Assembly (NCBI GenBank): GCA_964481345.1
Contig: CAYZTC010000008.1
Coordinates: 1 to 50,039 of the forward strand
Origin: an uncultured Candidatus Saccharibacteria bacterium
Lineage (GTDB): Bacteria; Patescibacteriota; Dojkabacteria; SC72; JAFGCJ01
Direction: 5' to 3'
DNA length: 50,039 bases
Made by a program: the position numbers and the translations under genes. The stretch's first letter is position 1. Every line of letters begins with the position of its first letter. This document shows, piece by piece, positions 1 through 9,576 of this stretch. The notes under the pieces are model-generated. The model saw nothing but the letters and a program-made list of their open reading frames with translations. It was not told the DNA's origin and ran no database searches.

Positions 1-18
1 CTACAACCCAGGCCTTTT

Positions 19-54
19 GTATGGCTCGCCATACGAAGCCTTGGCATAGTATGG
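19..54. repeat. 30-bp REP-like palindromic insertion at the tRNA-Phe 3' end
   Basis: GTATGG(19-24)-CTCG-CCATAC(29-34)-GAAGCCTTGGCATA-GTATGG(49-54); the second GTATGG includes the tRNA CCA. Related core GCCATACGAAGC near 42384. Confidence 0.7.
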
Positions 55-127
55 TGCCGAGGACCAGAATCGAACTGGTGACCCTTCGATTTTCAGTCGA
101 ATGCTCTACCAACTGAGCTACCTCGGC
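52..127 (-). tRNA. tRNA-Phe(GAA)
   Basis: Reverse complement GCCGAGGTAGCTCAGTTGGTAGAGCATTCGACTGAAAATCGAAGGGTCACCAGTTCGATTCTGGTCCTCGGCACCA; cloverleaf, GAA anticodon, CCA encoded. Confidence 0.97.
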
Positions 128-189
128 ACTCAGTAGAATCTTACTTATCAAAATATTAAAGAAGCTCAACTCTCTTTAGATAACAACAA

Positions 190-242
190 CTTGTCCTGAG
201 CGAAGTCCTACAACAAGAGACAAGTCGAAGGGCTACCTCGGC
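190..242. repeat. Interrupted REP-like element joined to an 11-bp copy of the tRNA-Phe 5' end
   Basis: CTTGTCCTGAGCGAAGTC...GTCGAAGGG resembles 42537-42557; GCTACCTCGGC at 232-242 equals 117-127. Confidence 0.6.
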
Positions 243-378
243 TACTCGGGACATTATCTCGCTTTGCAGTGAAATGTCCGCGAAGCGGTCTACTTCACGG
301 AATATGCCAGGTATATATATTTCTGTCAATATAACCTTGTTTTATAAAGGCTTATTCTTCGTTTATAATAGCATATAT

Positions 379-1464
379 ATGAAGAAAATTAGTATCAATT
401 CATCAAAACTTATTGAAACAGCGGTAAAATTCCTTTCAGAGGATAAGTTGGTCATTTATCCTACAGAAACGTGCTATGGCGCAGGAGTAGATGCCACTAG
501 AATAACATCTGTAAAAAAACTACTAAGATATAAAGAGAGAAGAGAGGGAAATCCAATATCTATTGCCGTATCAGATAAAGAAATGGCTTCAAAATACGCT
601 GAAATCAACGAAACCGCCCAAAATCTTTACGAAAACTATCTTCCTGGACCAATTACAATCGTTTCAAAAAGTACCGGAAAGGTTGCTCCAGGCCTTGAGT
701 CTGAATTTAAGACAATTGGAATAAGAATCCCTAATTATCCTAAAGTACTAGAAATTATTAAAAAATTCGGTAAGCCAATTACAACAACTTCTGCAAATGT
801 GGCATATCGACCAAATCCGTATAGTATTGAACAACTTCTCAATGACTTACCCCAGAAAAACAAGGATTTAATAGACCTGATTATTGATGGAGGAGAACTT
901 CCTTACAGGGAAGCATCTACAGTTGTAGATACCACTCTTGATAATATGAATATCCTAAGGGAAGGGAAAATGAGATTTGACATATCTGGAGAAACAGTCC
1001 TTAAGGCGAAAACTAAAAATGTCGAAGAAACAATAAATTTCGGCTCCCTTATTGTAATGAAGGTATTTGATGAACTAATTGATAACTGCGTCATTCTTTC
1101 ACTAGGAGGTGATCTTGGAACAGGTAAAACTCACCTTGCAAAAGGTATAGGAAGACAGCTTGGAGTAAAACAAATCATCACATCACCAACTTTCAATTTA
1201 ATAAATGAATATGACTATGACCTCCTTAAGGCAAAAGGAAAACTATTCCATATAGATACCTGGCGTATTAAGAACAAAAAAGAACTTTCATCTCTTGATA
1301 TTAAAGATTTCATAAGTAAAGGAAACATTATTGTCATAGAGTGGGCTGATAAGTTTTTCGGTTCATTTGAGGAAATATCAAGTAAGTCAAACACAAAATG
1401 CTACAAGGTCAGATTTAAATACATCGGTGAAAGCGAAAGAGAAATTACTCTTGAACGAGCCTAA
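379..1464 (+). CDS. tsaC-tsaE: Fused threonylcarbamoyl-AMP synthase (TsaC/Sua5-YrdC) and t6A ATPase TsaE
   Basis: N-half YPTETCYG, K-R, PGPIT, TTTSAN, STVVD; C-half GDLGTGKT, SPTF, HIDTWR, IEWAD. Start moved to ATG 379 (TATAAT at 364-369). Confidence 0.93.
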   Translation: MKKISINSSKLIETAVKFLSEDKLVIYPTETCYGAGVDATRITSVKKLLRYKERREGNPISIAVSDKEMASKYAEINETAQNLYENYLPGPITIVSKSTGKVAPGLESEFKTIGIRIPNYPKVLEIIKKFGKPITTTSANVAYRPNPYSIEQLLNDLPQKNKDLIDLIIDGGELPYREASTVVDTTLDNMNILREGKMRFDISGETVLKAKTKNVEETINFGSLIVMKVFDELIDNCVILSLGGDLGTGKTHLAKGIGRQLGVKQIITSPTFNLINEYDYDLLKAKGKLFHIDTWRIKNKKELSSLDIKDFISKGNIIVIEWADKFFGSFEEISSKSNTKCYKVRFKYIGESEREITLERA

Positions 1465-3875
1465 ACAACAATATTGACAATTCTTCCAGACACATAGATA
1501 AACTTCTTAATCCTTTTCCCATTTACATACTTAGATACATTTTTTACTTTCAAAGCTTTCTCTCTTATTTCCCCTTCTGTCGAATCCCTCTCAACATCTA
1601 CCTCTCCTCTTCTTTTACCATTTACCTGAATTGGAATAATTACGTTTTTTTCCTCAAGCGCTTTTTCGTCAAGTTTTGGCCATTTATTCACATGCACAGA
1701 AAACTTGTTTCCCAACACTTCCCACAACTCCTCTGCAGTATATGGTGCAAATGGTGATAAGATCAAAACCATCTTTTCAAGAGTATCTTTTGATATTTCA
1801 TCAGTATCGTCAAGAGAATTCCTCATCTCCATCATTGAGGCAATAGCTGTGTTAAAAGAAAATTTATCAATTCCATCTTTTACTCTCTTTATAGTTTTAT
1901 TGATAATTCTTTTAACTTTATCCGAGGAACCACTAGAAACATTTTTTGATTTTTCAGAAACGAAATCATAATACTTTTTCAAAAACCTTCCCACTCCAAC
2001 TACTGCATTATCATTCCATGCCATAGTACTATTAAACGGCCCCATAAACATAAGATATGTCCGTATAGTATCTACTCCATATTTGTCTGCAACTTCATCA
2101 GGACTGATTACATTTCCCCTGGATTTACTCATCCTTTTTCCATCAAGACCAAGTATTACTCCATGCTCAATCCTACGTAAATATGGCTCTTCGTTTGGAA
2201 CAACACCGATATCATAAAGAAATTTATACCAAAATCTTGAATAAAGTAGATGTAGATAAGTATGCTCAGATCCACCAAAGTATAGATAGACAGGCATCCA
2301 AGCTTTCATCTTTTCCATTGAGGCCAACTCTTTGTTATTTTGAGGATCCAGGTACCTTAAAAAATACCAACACGAACCGGCCCAGTTTGGCATTGTATCT
2401 GTCTCCCTCTCTGCAGGGCCACCACATTTTGGACATTTCGTATTTACCCAGTCTTTTATTTTCGAAAGAGGAGACTTTCCTGTTCCAGAAGGTTCATAAC
2501 GCTCAACATCAGGCAATTTAACTGGTAAATCTGACTCTGGCACAGGTACCCACCCGCATTTCTTACAATTTATCATTGGAATTGGTTCACCCCAATAATG
2601 CTGTCTTGAGAAAATCCAGTCCCGTAAATGATAATTTTTAGTTCTCTCTCCCCAACCTTTTTTCTCAATGTAGCCAATTATTTTCTCGATAGCATCCTTT
2701 GGTTTTAAGCCATTAATTATTTCTGAATTAAAAACTATACTCTTGCTTACATTAGTATATGGCTTTTTTTCGAAATCCCATTTACCAGCTTCCGGTTTTA
2801 TTACCGGAACAATCTCAATACCATGCTTCTTTGCAAAATCAAAATCCCTCTCATCATGTGCAGGCACACCAACCACCGAACCGGTACCAGTCTCTCCCAC
2901 AACAAAATCTGCAATATATATAGGCATCTCTTTCCCAGTTAGTCTATTTAGACAGTATCGTCCAGTAAATACTCCAGATCTATCAGAATAATCAACAATT
3001 TTCTCCCTTTCAGATTTTTTCTTTGATTTTTTCATGTACTTCTCAACTTCAGCTCTATGCTCCTTATTAGTTATTTCAAGTACCAAAGGATTTTCTGGAG
3101 ATATTGCAATAAATGTGGTCCCATAGTTAGTGTCAGGTCTTGTTGAATAACATGTTATTGATTTATTTTCATCACCGACTAAAGGATACTCAATATTTAC
3201 TCCATATGTTCTTCCTATCCAGTTTTTTTGTGCTATCTTTATATGCTCTTGGTACTCTGTTTTAAAGAGATCATCAGTAAGTCTATCTGCATATTCAGTA
3301 ATTTTAAGAATCCACTGATTTAACTTTTTCTTTGAGGTTTCAGTACCACATCTTTCACACTTTCCACTAATAACTTCCTCATTTGCAAGACCCGTTTTAC
3401 AGCTTGGGCACCAATTGATATCTTTATTTTCCTTATTCGCAAGGCCTTTCTTAAACATTTGAGTAAAAATCCACTGTGTCCACTTATAGTATTCAGGATC
3501 ACTTGTATTTATTTCTCTATCCCAATCAAATGAGTAGGCTAAATGCTTCATTTGTTCACTATACTTTTTACAGTTGTCGTTCGTAACATCTTGAGGTTTT
3601 CTTTTAACCCTGATTGCATAGTTTTCAGTGGGAAGACCAAAAGCATCATATCCCATTGGGAAAAGCACTTCCTTACCACACATCCTTTGAAATCTTGCAT
3701 ATACATCACCACCAGTCATTGTAAAAGCATGTCCAATATGAAGACCTTCACCTGAGGGATAAGGAAATTCTACAAGTACATACATTTTTTCTTTCTTAGA
3801 ATTATCATTCGCAGAAAAAATCTTTTCTTTAACCCATCTGTCCTTCCACTTTTTTTCGATTGATTTGAATTCCAT
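1461..3875 (-). CDS. leuS: Leucine--tRNA ligase
   Basis: FPYPSG-LHIGH, GYDAFGLP, RDWIFSRQHYWGEPIP, RMSKS; start at MEFKS. Confidence 0.98.
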   Translation of the reverse strand: MEFKSIEKKWKDRWVKEKIFSANDNSKKEKMYVLVEFPYPSGEGLHIGHAFTMTGGDVYARFQRMCGKEVLFPMGYDAFGLPTENYAIRVKRKPQDVTNDNCKKYSEQMKHLAYSFDWDREINTSDPEYYKWTQWIFTQMFKKGLANKENKDINWCPSCKTGLANEEVISGKCERCGTETSKKKLNQWILKITEYADRLTDDLFKTEYQEHIKIAQKNWIGRTYGVNIEYPLVGDENKSITCYSTRPDTNYGTTFIAISPENPLVLEITNKEHRAEVEKYMKKSKKKSEREKIVDYSDRSGVFTGRYCLNRLTGKEMPIYIADFVVGETGTGSVVGVPAHDERDFDFAKKHGIEIVPVIKPEAGKWDFEKKPYTNVSKSIVFNSEIINGLKPKDAIEKIIGYIEKKGWGERTKNYHLRDWIFSRQHYWGEPIPMINCKKCGWVPVPESDLPVKLPDVERYEPSGTGKSPLSKIKDWVNTKCPKCGGPAERETDTMPNWAGSCWYFLRYLDPQNNKELASMEKMKAWMPVYLYFGGSEHTYLHLLYSRFWYKFLYDIGVVPNEEPYLRRIEHGVILGLDGKRMSKSRGNVISPDEVADKYGVDTIRTYLMFMGPFNSTMAWNDNAVVGVGRFLKKYYDFVSEKSKNVSSGSSDKVKRIINKTIKRVKDGIDKFSFNTAIASMMEMRNSLDDTDEISKDTLEKMVLILSPFAPYTAEELWEVLGNKFSVHVNKWPKLDEKALEEKNVIIPIQVNGKRRGEVDVERDSTEGEIREKALKVKNVSKYVNGKRIKKFIYVSGRIVNIVV

Positions 3876-3912
3876 GAAGATTATTATAACAATATTTTTC
3901 AAACATGGTAAT

Positions 3913-5919
3913 CTATTTCGTGTCCAAAAACTCTGAAAGATCAGGTAGGTCCTTCTTTACCCGACTAAACTCTGAGTTATTTTCATACTCTTGCTCATAA
4001 TATTCATAGTCCTCATCAGGACTTAAGTGAATGAACTCCGAATTACTTTCATACTCACTTGCGTATTCCTCATATCCTTTACTATCAATGTTCTTAAGGA
4101 TTTCAATAAACTCAATTTCAGTGGAAAGCCTTTCTTCAAAATCCTCCAAGTCTTTCCCCTGAATTTCAGGAAGAATACCAAGAAATTCAGAATTCTTTTC
4201 ATACTCGCTCTCAAAATCTTCGTATGAATTATTTTCAATACTTTTTTTCGTATCAAAAAATTCAATATTAGAGTTGTATTGATTACTATAATAGTCATAT
4301 TGGTACACTCCTGGAGAAAAGCTAGAAGAGATGTTATAAAACAGTAAACCAATCAATGCAAACAAACCCACGACAATGACTATAACAACCTCTGAAAGTA
4401 TCTTTACTATTTGATCCGATATTAATCCACTAAGAATGGTAACTATAACTCCAATACCAGGAATTGTGGAGGCAAAAATACGTGAAAGAACTTTCGTCAC
4501 AGTTTGCCTTATCATAAAAGCCCAATTCTTACCAAAAAAGGTTGTCGCGATTTTTGAGAAAGCATTATTAACAAACTTTGATACTCCACTAAAATGCCGT
4601 TTGAACTGCTGACCGATTGATAATTGATATAGTTTATAATAAAAAGAACTCCCATCAACTTTTTTTCTCTTGGTAGACAGCTTTAACCAGAAACCTCCAT
4701 CAACTAAAACACCTTTAAATAAGTTCCATGGATGAAGATAGTAAGTAGATCCAACTAGTTTTCCAATTGCTGAACTGTTTTCAACAAACACTGATTCTTT
4801 TACACCTGTAGGAAGTCCATCTTTATCCACAACATCCCTAAACTTAAAAGATCCCAGCCTTAAAGCCTCATAATCCCCTGAAATTATTGCATCTAAAAAC
4901 TCCCTATCAAAAACACCCTCTTTAAGCCACCTTGCGGTAAATAACAATTTTCCCACCCTTACACCAGATGTCCTATCTTCCCCACCTGATAAACCGGTTA
5001 GCACTCGCATTATTTTCTTGTATTCTCTAGGTAACTTGTCAGCAGCTCTAAGTGACAGTAGATTCAATGCCGCAGCTTTATAATTTGAATACAGTCTAAA
5101 TTCATCTTTTTCAAAAACACCTTTGTTATCTGAATCATCCTCACCAAAGGTAAGATTTTTTACAGTAGCTGCAATTTCTTTATTCGTTCCAAGTTCATCC
5201 AGTAACACTGAAAGTCGTGACTTCACCCCTTCAGCTTTATCTTCTTTCTCCAGTTTTATAATAATTTCCTTTACTTCCTTCCTAATCGATCCTTCATCAA
5301 GTTTTTTATCCTTAAACATCTTTTTTAAATCTTGAATCACAAGCTCAGAAATTACTGATGAATATTTATCTAAAAACAGCCTCTTTTGAAAAACGCCATC
5401 CTTATCATATTCACTTATATCTGGAAGTAAAAAGGAGCTACCTATCACCCTAGAGATTTCGGACGAAAATCCAAGCTTCCGAGCCATAATTGAAAAGAGA
5501 GCCGAATTCATCGTGTTATTTGTAAATCCTCCAATACCTGCCCATTTTCTATCTTGCTTATACTTGTCAAATGAATACTGAATATTTCCAATTGGATCTG
5601 ACAGAAACTTAAACCCCGATGTCAATCCAAAACCAAATTTAAACCCTTTTGTCTTAAAATCACCAGCATACTTACCATCTTTGATCAACTTACTCTCAAA
5701 AACTTGGGTGCTTTGGTCAATCTGCCTCAACAAATCAGAAATTACAGTATCAACAGGATATAGCACTGGCTCTGAAATAATCTCCTCAAGACCATCCTGT
5801 AAATTATTATCTCTTACCTTTTCGGGTTTCTTATCTCTACTTTTTTTAAGTTTTTGTGTCTTAAATACAAGATCAAATAGACTTGCATACACATCTTGTG
5901 GCTTTTTTCTCTCTCCCAT
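3913..5919 (-). CDS. Hypothetical membrane protein with acidic C-terminal repeats
   Basis: 668-aa ORF, hydrophobic segments near aa 485-530, three to four YExxxxEYExNSEF-like repeats. Confidence 0.75.
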   Translation of the reverse strand: MGERKKPQDVYASLFDLVFKTQKLKKSRDKKPEKVRDNNLQDGLEEIISEPVLYPVDTVISDLLRQIDQSTQVFESKLIKDGKYAGDFKTKGFKFGFGLTSGFKFLSDPIGNIQYSFDKYKQDRKWAGIGGFTNNTMNSALFSIMARKLGFSSEISRVIGSSFLLPDISEYDKDGVFQKRLFLDKYSSVISELVIQDLKKMFKDKKLDEGSIRKEVKEIIIKLEKEDKAEGVKSRLSVLLDELGTNKEIAATVKNLTFGEDDSDNKGVFEKDEFRLYSNYKAAALNLLSLRAADKLPREYKKIMRVLTGLSGGEDRTSGVRVGKLLFTARWLKEGVFDREFLDAIISGDYEALRLGSFKFRDVVDKDGLPTGVKESVFVENSSAIGKLVGSTYYLHPWNLFKGVLVDGGFWLKLSTKRKKVDGSSFYYKLYQLSIGQQFKRHFSGVSKFVNNAFSKIATTFFGKNWAFMIRQTVTKVLSRIFASTIPGIGVIVTILSGLISDQIVKILSEVVIVIVVGLFALIGLLFYNISSSFSPGVYQYDYYSNQYNSNIEFFDTKKSIENNSYEDFESEYEKNSEFLGILPEIQGKDLEDFEERLSTEIEFIEILKNIDSKGYEEYASEYESNSEFIHLSPDEDYEYYEQEYENNSEFSRVKKDLPDLSEFLDTK

Positions 5920-5931
5920 CTACAGTTATAC

Positions 5932-7407
5932 TTATCCAAGATTAAACTTTGTCAAAGCTTTCTTTGCACCCTCAACTGCTTGTGATATTCCTCTTGATGG
6001 TTGCACGCTCAACATTTCATTTACTATCCCAGGAGCTCCAGCAGCAAATAGGTACCCAGCGATTACAAGTATTCCTTGAAAACTAATAATCCAGTCAACA
6101 TTAAACGAACCAGTATTGAAAAATGTTAAACCGCTACTGTTTATATTAGTAAATACTATATATCTACTTAAGTTAATAATGATGTAGATCACTACAAAGG
6201 AAAGTACATTTGCGGACACTCTTTTAAACCATCCTGATGTTGAGCCTCCATTTCCTGGCAGAGATCCTAATAAAATATAAATTGGACCAAGTATAACTTC
6301 AACGAAAATCTTAAGATAAAGCAAAATCATTGTTATAAAAACCCTAACTGCAGCATATAAACAAACAAGTGCAATGATACATATTTTCAGGAGATCGATC
6401 AGCCCCCACATCTTAATTCCAGATGCAACACCTTTCAAAATATTTAACGCAATATCACCTCCGGCTTCAAAAATTGGAATACCTGTATCTATATCCCACT
6501 TTAAAACAGCATCTCCCAAAATTATCATCCCCAGATCTTTTAAGGCCTTCCCAACAGCCCCTGGATAAGAAGAGTCCAAAGCATCATCAAACATATCACC
6601 AACCCCTCCAAGCTCTTCAGCTTGAAATCCTTGATTTTAAAGCTGACTGTTTATTGCAGTTCCCACTACTGCCATTCCTACTTTTCCAAGATCCAAAATA
6701 AATCCCACGATAGCAAAACTAAAAGTAACAAGAATTAATCCCAAAACAACTCTGGGGAGTGTATTTGATATCCCCACTGTCCCTTGACCACCAATCTTTG
6801 ATCTAAACATGATTGAAAAACCGATAATAACAAGCACTATCACAAATCCAATGTATGCAATATTTCTAAACATCACCCATATAGGTTCTAGACCCATTTC
6901 GGATTTCAAAAAATCATAACCAGTAGACTGGGCATAAGTCCCAGTATTTGACCTATCAAACCCAGGTATAAAATTTCTTGCAATGTGAGATCCAACATCT
7001 ATATAGGGAGGATCATAAATCATTGATGTGATACCATCTTCCACACTTCCAACTATTCCTACTCTTGTTGATGATGATATTTCACCAGTAGAATCTGTAC
7101 TTCCATAACTACAAAAGCTATCACTACCAAGCAACAAACTACTTAACAAAACTACACTAGACGAAAACTCATTTCTTTTTAAAGTATCAATACTTTCTGA
7201 TATTCCAGTCACTTGAACGCTAAAATTGTTTGCCTCATTGTATACTGATGAAACATCAATACAAAACTCATCTTGAGTATCATCTTCCTCATCATTGTTT
7301 ATTGAAGCAAGTACTTGGCTAAACATTCCCAATAGAAGAAACTGAAAAAGTACAAATGAAGCAAATATTGAAAACACTTTAAAATACTTTTTTATTACTG
7401 TATTCAT
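5932..7407 (-). pseudogene. Multi-TM membrane protein (TrbL/VirB6-like by inference) split by one in-frame TAA
   Basis: ORFs 6637..7407 and 5932..6594 share a frame; only TAA at 6637-6639 separates them. W..FRNIAY, LPRVVLGLILVTFSFAI.GF..D and GP......LPG....W motifs are typical of CPR VirB6-like proteins. Confidence 0.7.
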
Positions 7408-7424
7408 TTAAAATAATAAACAAT

Positions 7425-8108
7425 TTATTTAATTCCATACACAAAAGAAGAAAAGGCTTTCCAGTCACAATATTTATCTAACTCACCGTCAATACATTTA
7501 CTGCTAGTCAGCTTACTGTCAAGCCACAATTCGAAAATATAGTCTGGGTAAACACATTTTGTTGATCGTACATGTCCTTCAATTATCCAAGAACAATCAG
7601 TATAAACATATCTGTTGTTCTTAAGAAAGGATTCATTTTTATAGCAGTCAATAGCGTTCAATTCATCCAAAAATTCACAGTGAAACCTCTCACAGTTACT
7701 CCCAACACATACAACCTTTCCAGTAGCATTTGAGATCGTTTCATCCTCTTCAATAACAAAACCCTGAATTCTTTTATAAGAAAAAAAGTTACTTTCAAGT
7801 AATTTATCAATAGAAGGAAATTCGCCTAAACCAATAAGATCGTATACACCTAACCCGTTTGAAGAAAAATCAACTCCCAACCAATAATACGGAACAGTAA
7901 TGTATATAATACCCTCTTCAATATTTATTGAAGTGTCGTTTTTTTCAACATCCTTAATTCCGGCAACAACAGGCTGATATTTAATTATTTCTTTCTTACT
8001 AGTACTTGATAAATCCGATAAGCTAAATCCAGAAAAACTACTACCAAAGAAAATTAAGAATAAGAAAACGGAAAAACATAAAATGTAAATCCGGCAGTTT
8101 TTATCCAT
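7425..8108 (-). CDS. Hypothetical exported Cys-rich protein
   Basis: Start at MDKNC avoids overlap with the patatin gene; N-terminal TM/signal, 8 Cys in the C-half. Confidence 0.7.
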   Translation of the reverse strand: MDKNCRIYILCFSVFLFLIFFGSSFSGFSLSDLSSTSKKEIIKYQPVVAGIKDVEKNDTSINIEEGIIYITVPYYWLGVDFSSNGLGVYDLIGLGEFPSIDKLLESNFFSYKRIQGFVIEEDETISNATGKVVCVGSNCERFHCEFLDELNAIDCYKNESFLKNNRYVYTDCSWIIEGHVRSTKCVYPDYIFELWLDSKLTSSKCIDGELDKYCDWKAFSSFVYGIK

Positions 8109-8180
8109 CTCGTAACAGACTATCACAAAAAATGCTATCCAACAATTGAAAAGATATCCAAAAGAATATACTCTTATACA

Positions 8181-9035
8181 ATGGCAAAACAAAAAAAACC
8201 AAAAATCGGACTTGCTCTCGGAAGCGGTGGATTTAAAGGTACAGCAGCTCACATTGGCATTATAAAAGAATTAATAAAGGCCAAAATCCCTATAGACTAT
8301 ATCGCTGGATCCAGTTCGGGCTCCGTAGTTGGTGGAATTTATGCAGCCACAAAAGATTTAAAGAAACTAGAAAAGAAATTTTTGGAGATGAAACCAAAGG
8401 ATTACTTGTACTGGTTTTCAGATATCACCCTTACCTCTGGCCTTGTAAAAGGAGATAAAGCTACTGAGTTTTTAAAGCAGTTTATTGGAACAAAGAATAT
8501 TCGAGATTGTAAAATTGAATTCAGACCAGTATGTACAAACCTTGAGACAGGAAGAACGGTAACCATCGAAAAAGGAAAACTTGCAGAAGGAATAAGGGCA
8601 AGTTGTGCTGTCCCCTTAATTCTCAGACCAATAAAGTACGGTAAAAGATGGCTTGTTGATGGTGGTACATCAATGCCTGTTCCAGTACAAGTTGTGAAGG
8701 ACATGGGAGCTAACATTGTAATAGCTGTAAATATGAATGCAAAGCTTGGAAAAATAAAGAAGTTAAAAGCAGAAAAAGAGGTAAAGTTTTCTAAACTATC
8801 AATAATTGACCACTCAATTAGTATACTGCTCCATCATCTCGCAAAAATTAATATTAAATATGCAGATATAGTAATATCCCCTGACATCTCAGAATATGGA
8901 AATCTAAATATGGGAGAATATTTAGGGACATCTAGGCCCATTAAGGCTGGACAAAAAGCTACTAAAAAAGCAATTCCACATATTAAAGAAAAAATCGAAA
9001 AATGGACGAAATCAAAAGAATCACAAAAGAATTAA
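8181..9035 (+). CDS. Patatin-like phospholipase (RssA/NTE family)
   Basis: ALGSGGFKG, GSSSG nucleophile elbow, ASCAVP, DGG. Confidence 0.93.
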   Translation: MAKQKKPKIGLALGSGGFKGTAAHIGIIKELIKAKIPIDYIAGSSSGSVVGGIYAATKDLKKLEKKFLEMKPKDYLYWFSDITLTSGLVKGDKATEFLKQFIGTKNIRDCKIEFRPVCTNLETGRTVTIEKGKLAEGIRASCAVPLILRPIKYGKRWLVDGGTSMPVPVQVVKDMGANIVIAVNMNAKLGKIKKLKAEKEVKFSKLSIIDHSISILLHHLAKINIKYADIVISPDISEYGNLNMGEYLGTSRPIKAGQKATKKAIPHIKEKIEKWTKSKESQKN

Positions 9036-9057
9036 TCATTTTTTGAATCAGCATTAA

Positions 9058-9540
9058 CTAGACCACCATATGAAGATTCTTAAACCAGTCCCTGAAATCA
9101 TAGTTACTCAGGTCACCAGAACGTGGTTTCCATTGAGAGAATTGTTCAACATCAATATCAACAGAGAGTGGATCAGTAGCATACCTTTGGGGTGCAGAAA
9201 ACCTAGATTGATAGAATTCTCCTAAAGAAGTGTTAGCCTTAACGCTAGGAAGTTCATATACCCTTAAAAGTTCCCCTCCGTAAGCAAACGCCTTACATAA
9301 TCTATCTTCTTGAACATTCTCCAACAATTCAACTAAAAACCTACTCATCAATCTATAAACCTTTCTTCCAGCTCGAGATAATTCCATGTCTTTAGAGCAT
9401 TTTTCAAACAGCGCCTTATCAAAACCAGCAACCTCCCAAAAAACCATGGGATTAATCTGTTCCATCAATTGCATGTAACCGCTTTGAGCCGCAGCTACAA
9501 CTCCTTTCGTCTCCATGTTTGATGATAATTTCTCCTCCAC
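9058..9540 (-). CDS. Hypothetical protein
   Basis: ORF fills the gap; GTG 9540 lies 7 nt after a TAAAAT box (ATG 9516 is an alternative). Confidence 0.6.
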   Translation of the reverse strand: MEEKLSSNMETKGVVAAAQSGYMQLMEQINPMVFWEVAGFDKALFEKCSKDMELSRAGRKVYRLMSRFLVELLENVQEDRLCKAFAYGGELLRVYELPSVKANTSLGEFYQSRFSAPQRYATDPLSVDIDVEQFSQWKPRSGDLSNYDFRDWFKNLHMVV

Positions 9541-9576
9541 GAGCCGAATTTTACCCGAAATAAGCACAAAAGGAAA

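Noticed and set aside
274-378. N-terminal extensions in the ORF track (tsaC here; also mutL, leuS, thrS, tig, both sortases, 7425..8252, 18058..)
   Set aside because: They run through promoters, repeats, tRNAs or neighbouring genes; conserved sequence starts at later codons.
6637-6639. Stop codon reassignment
   Set aside because: Single TAA case; TAA, TAG and TGA all terminate conserved genes normally in this window.
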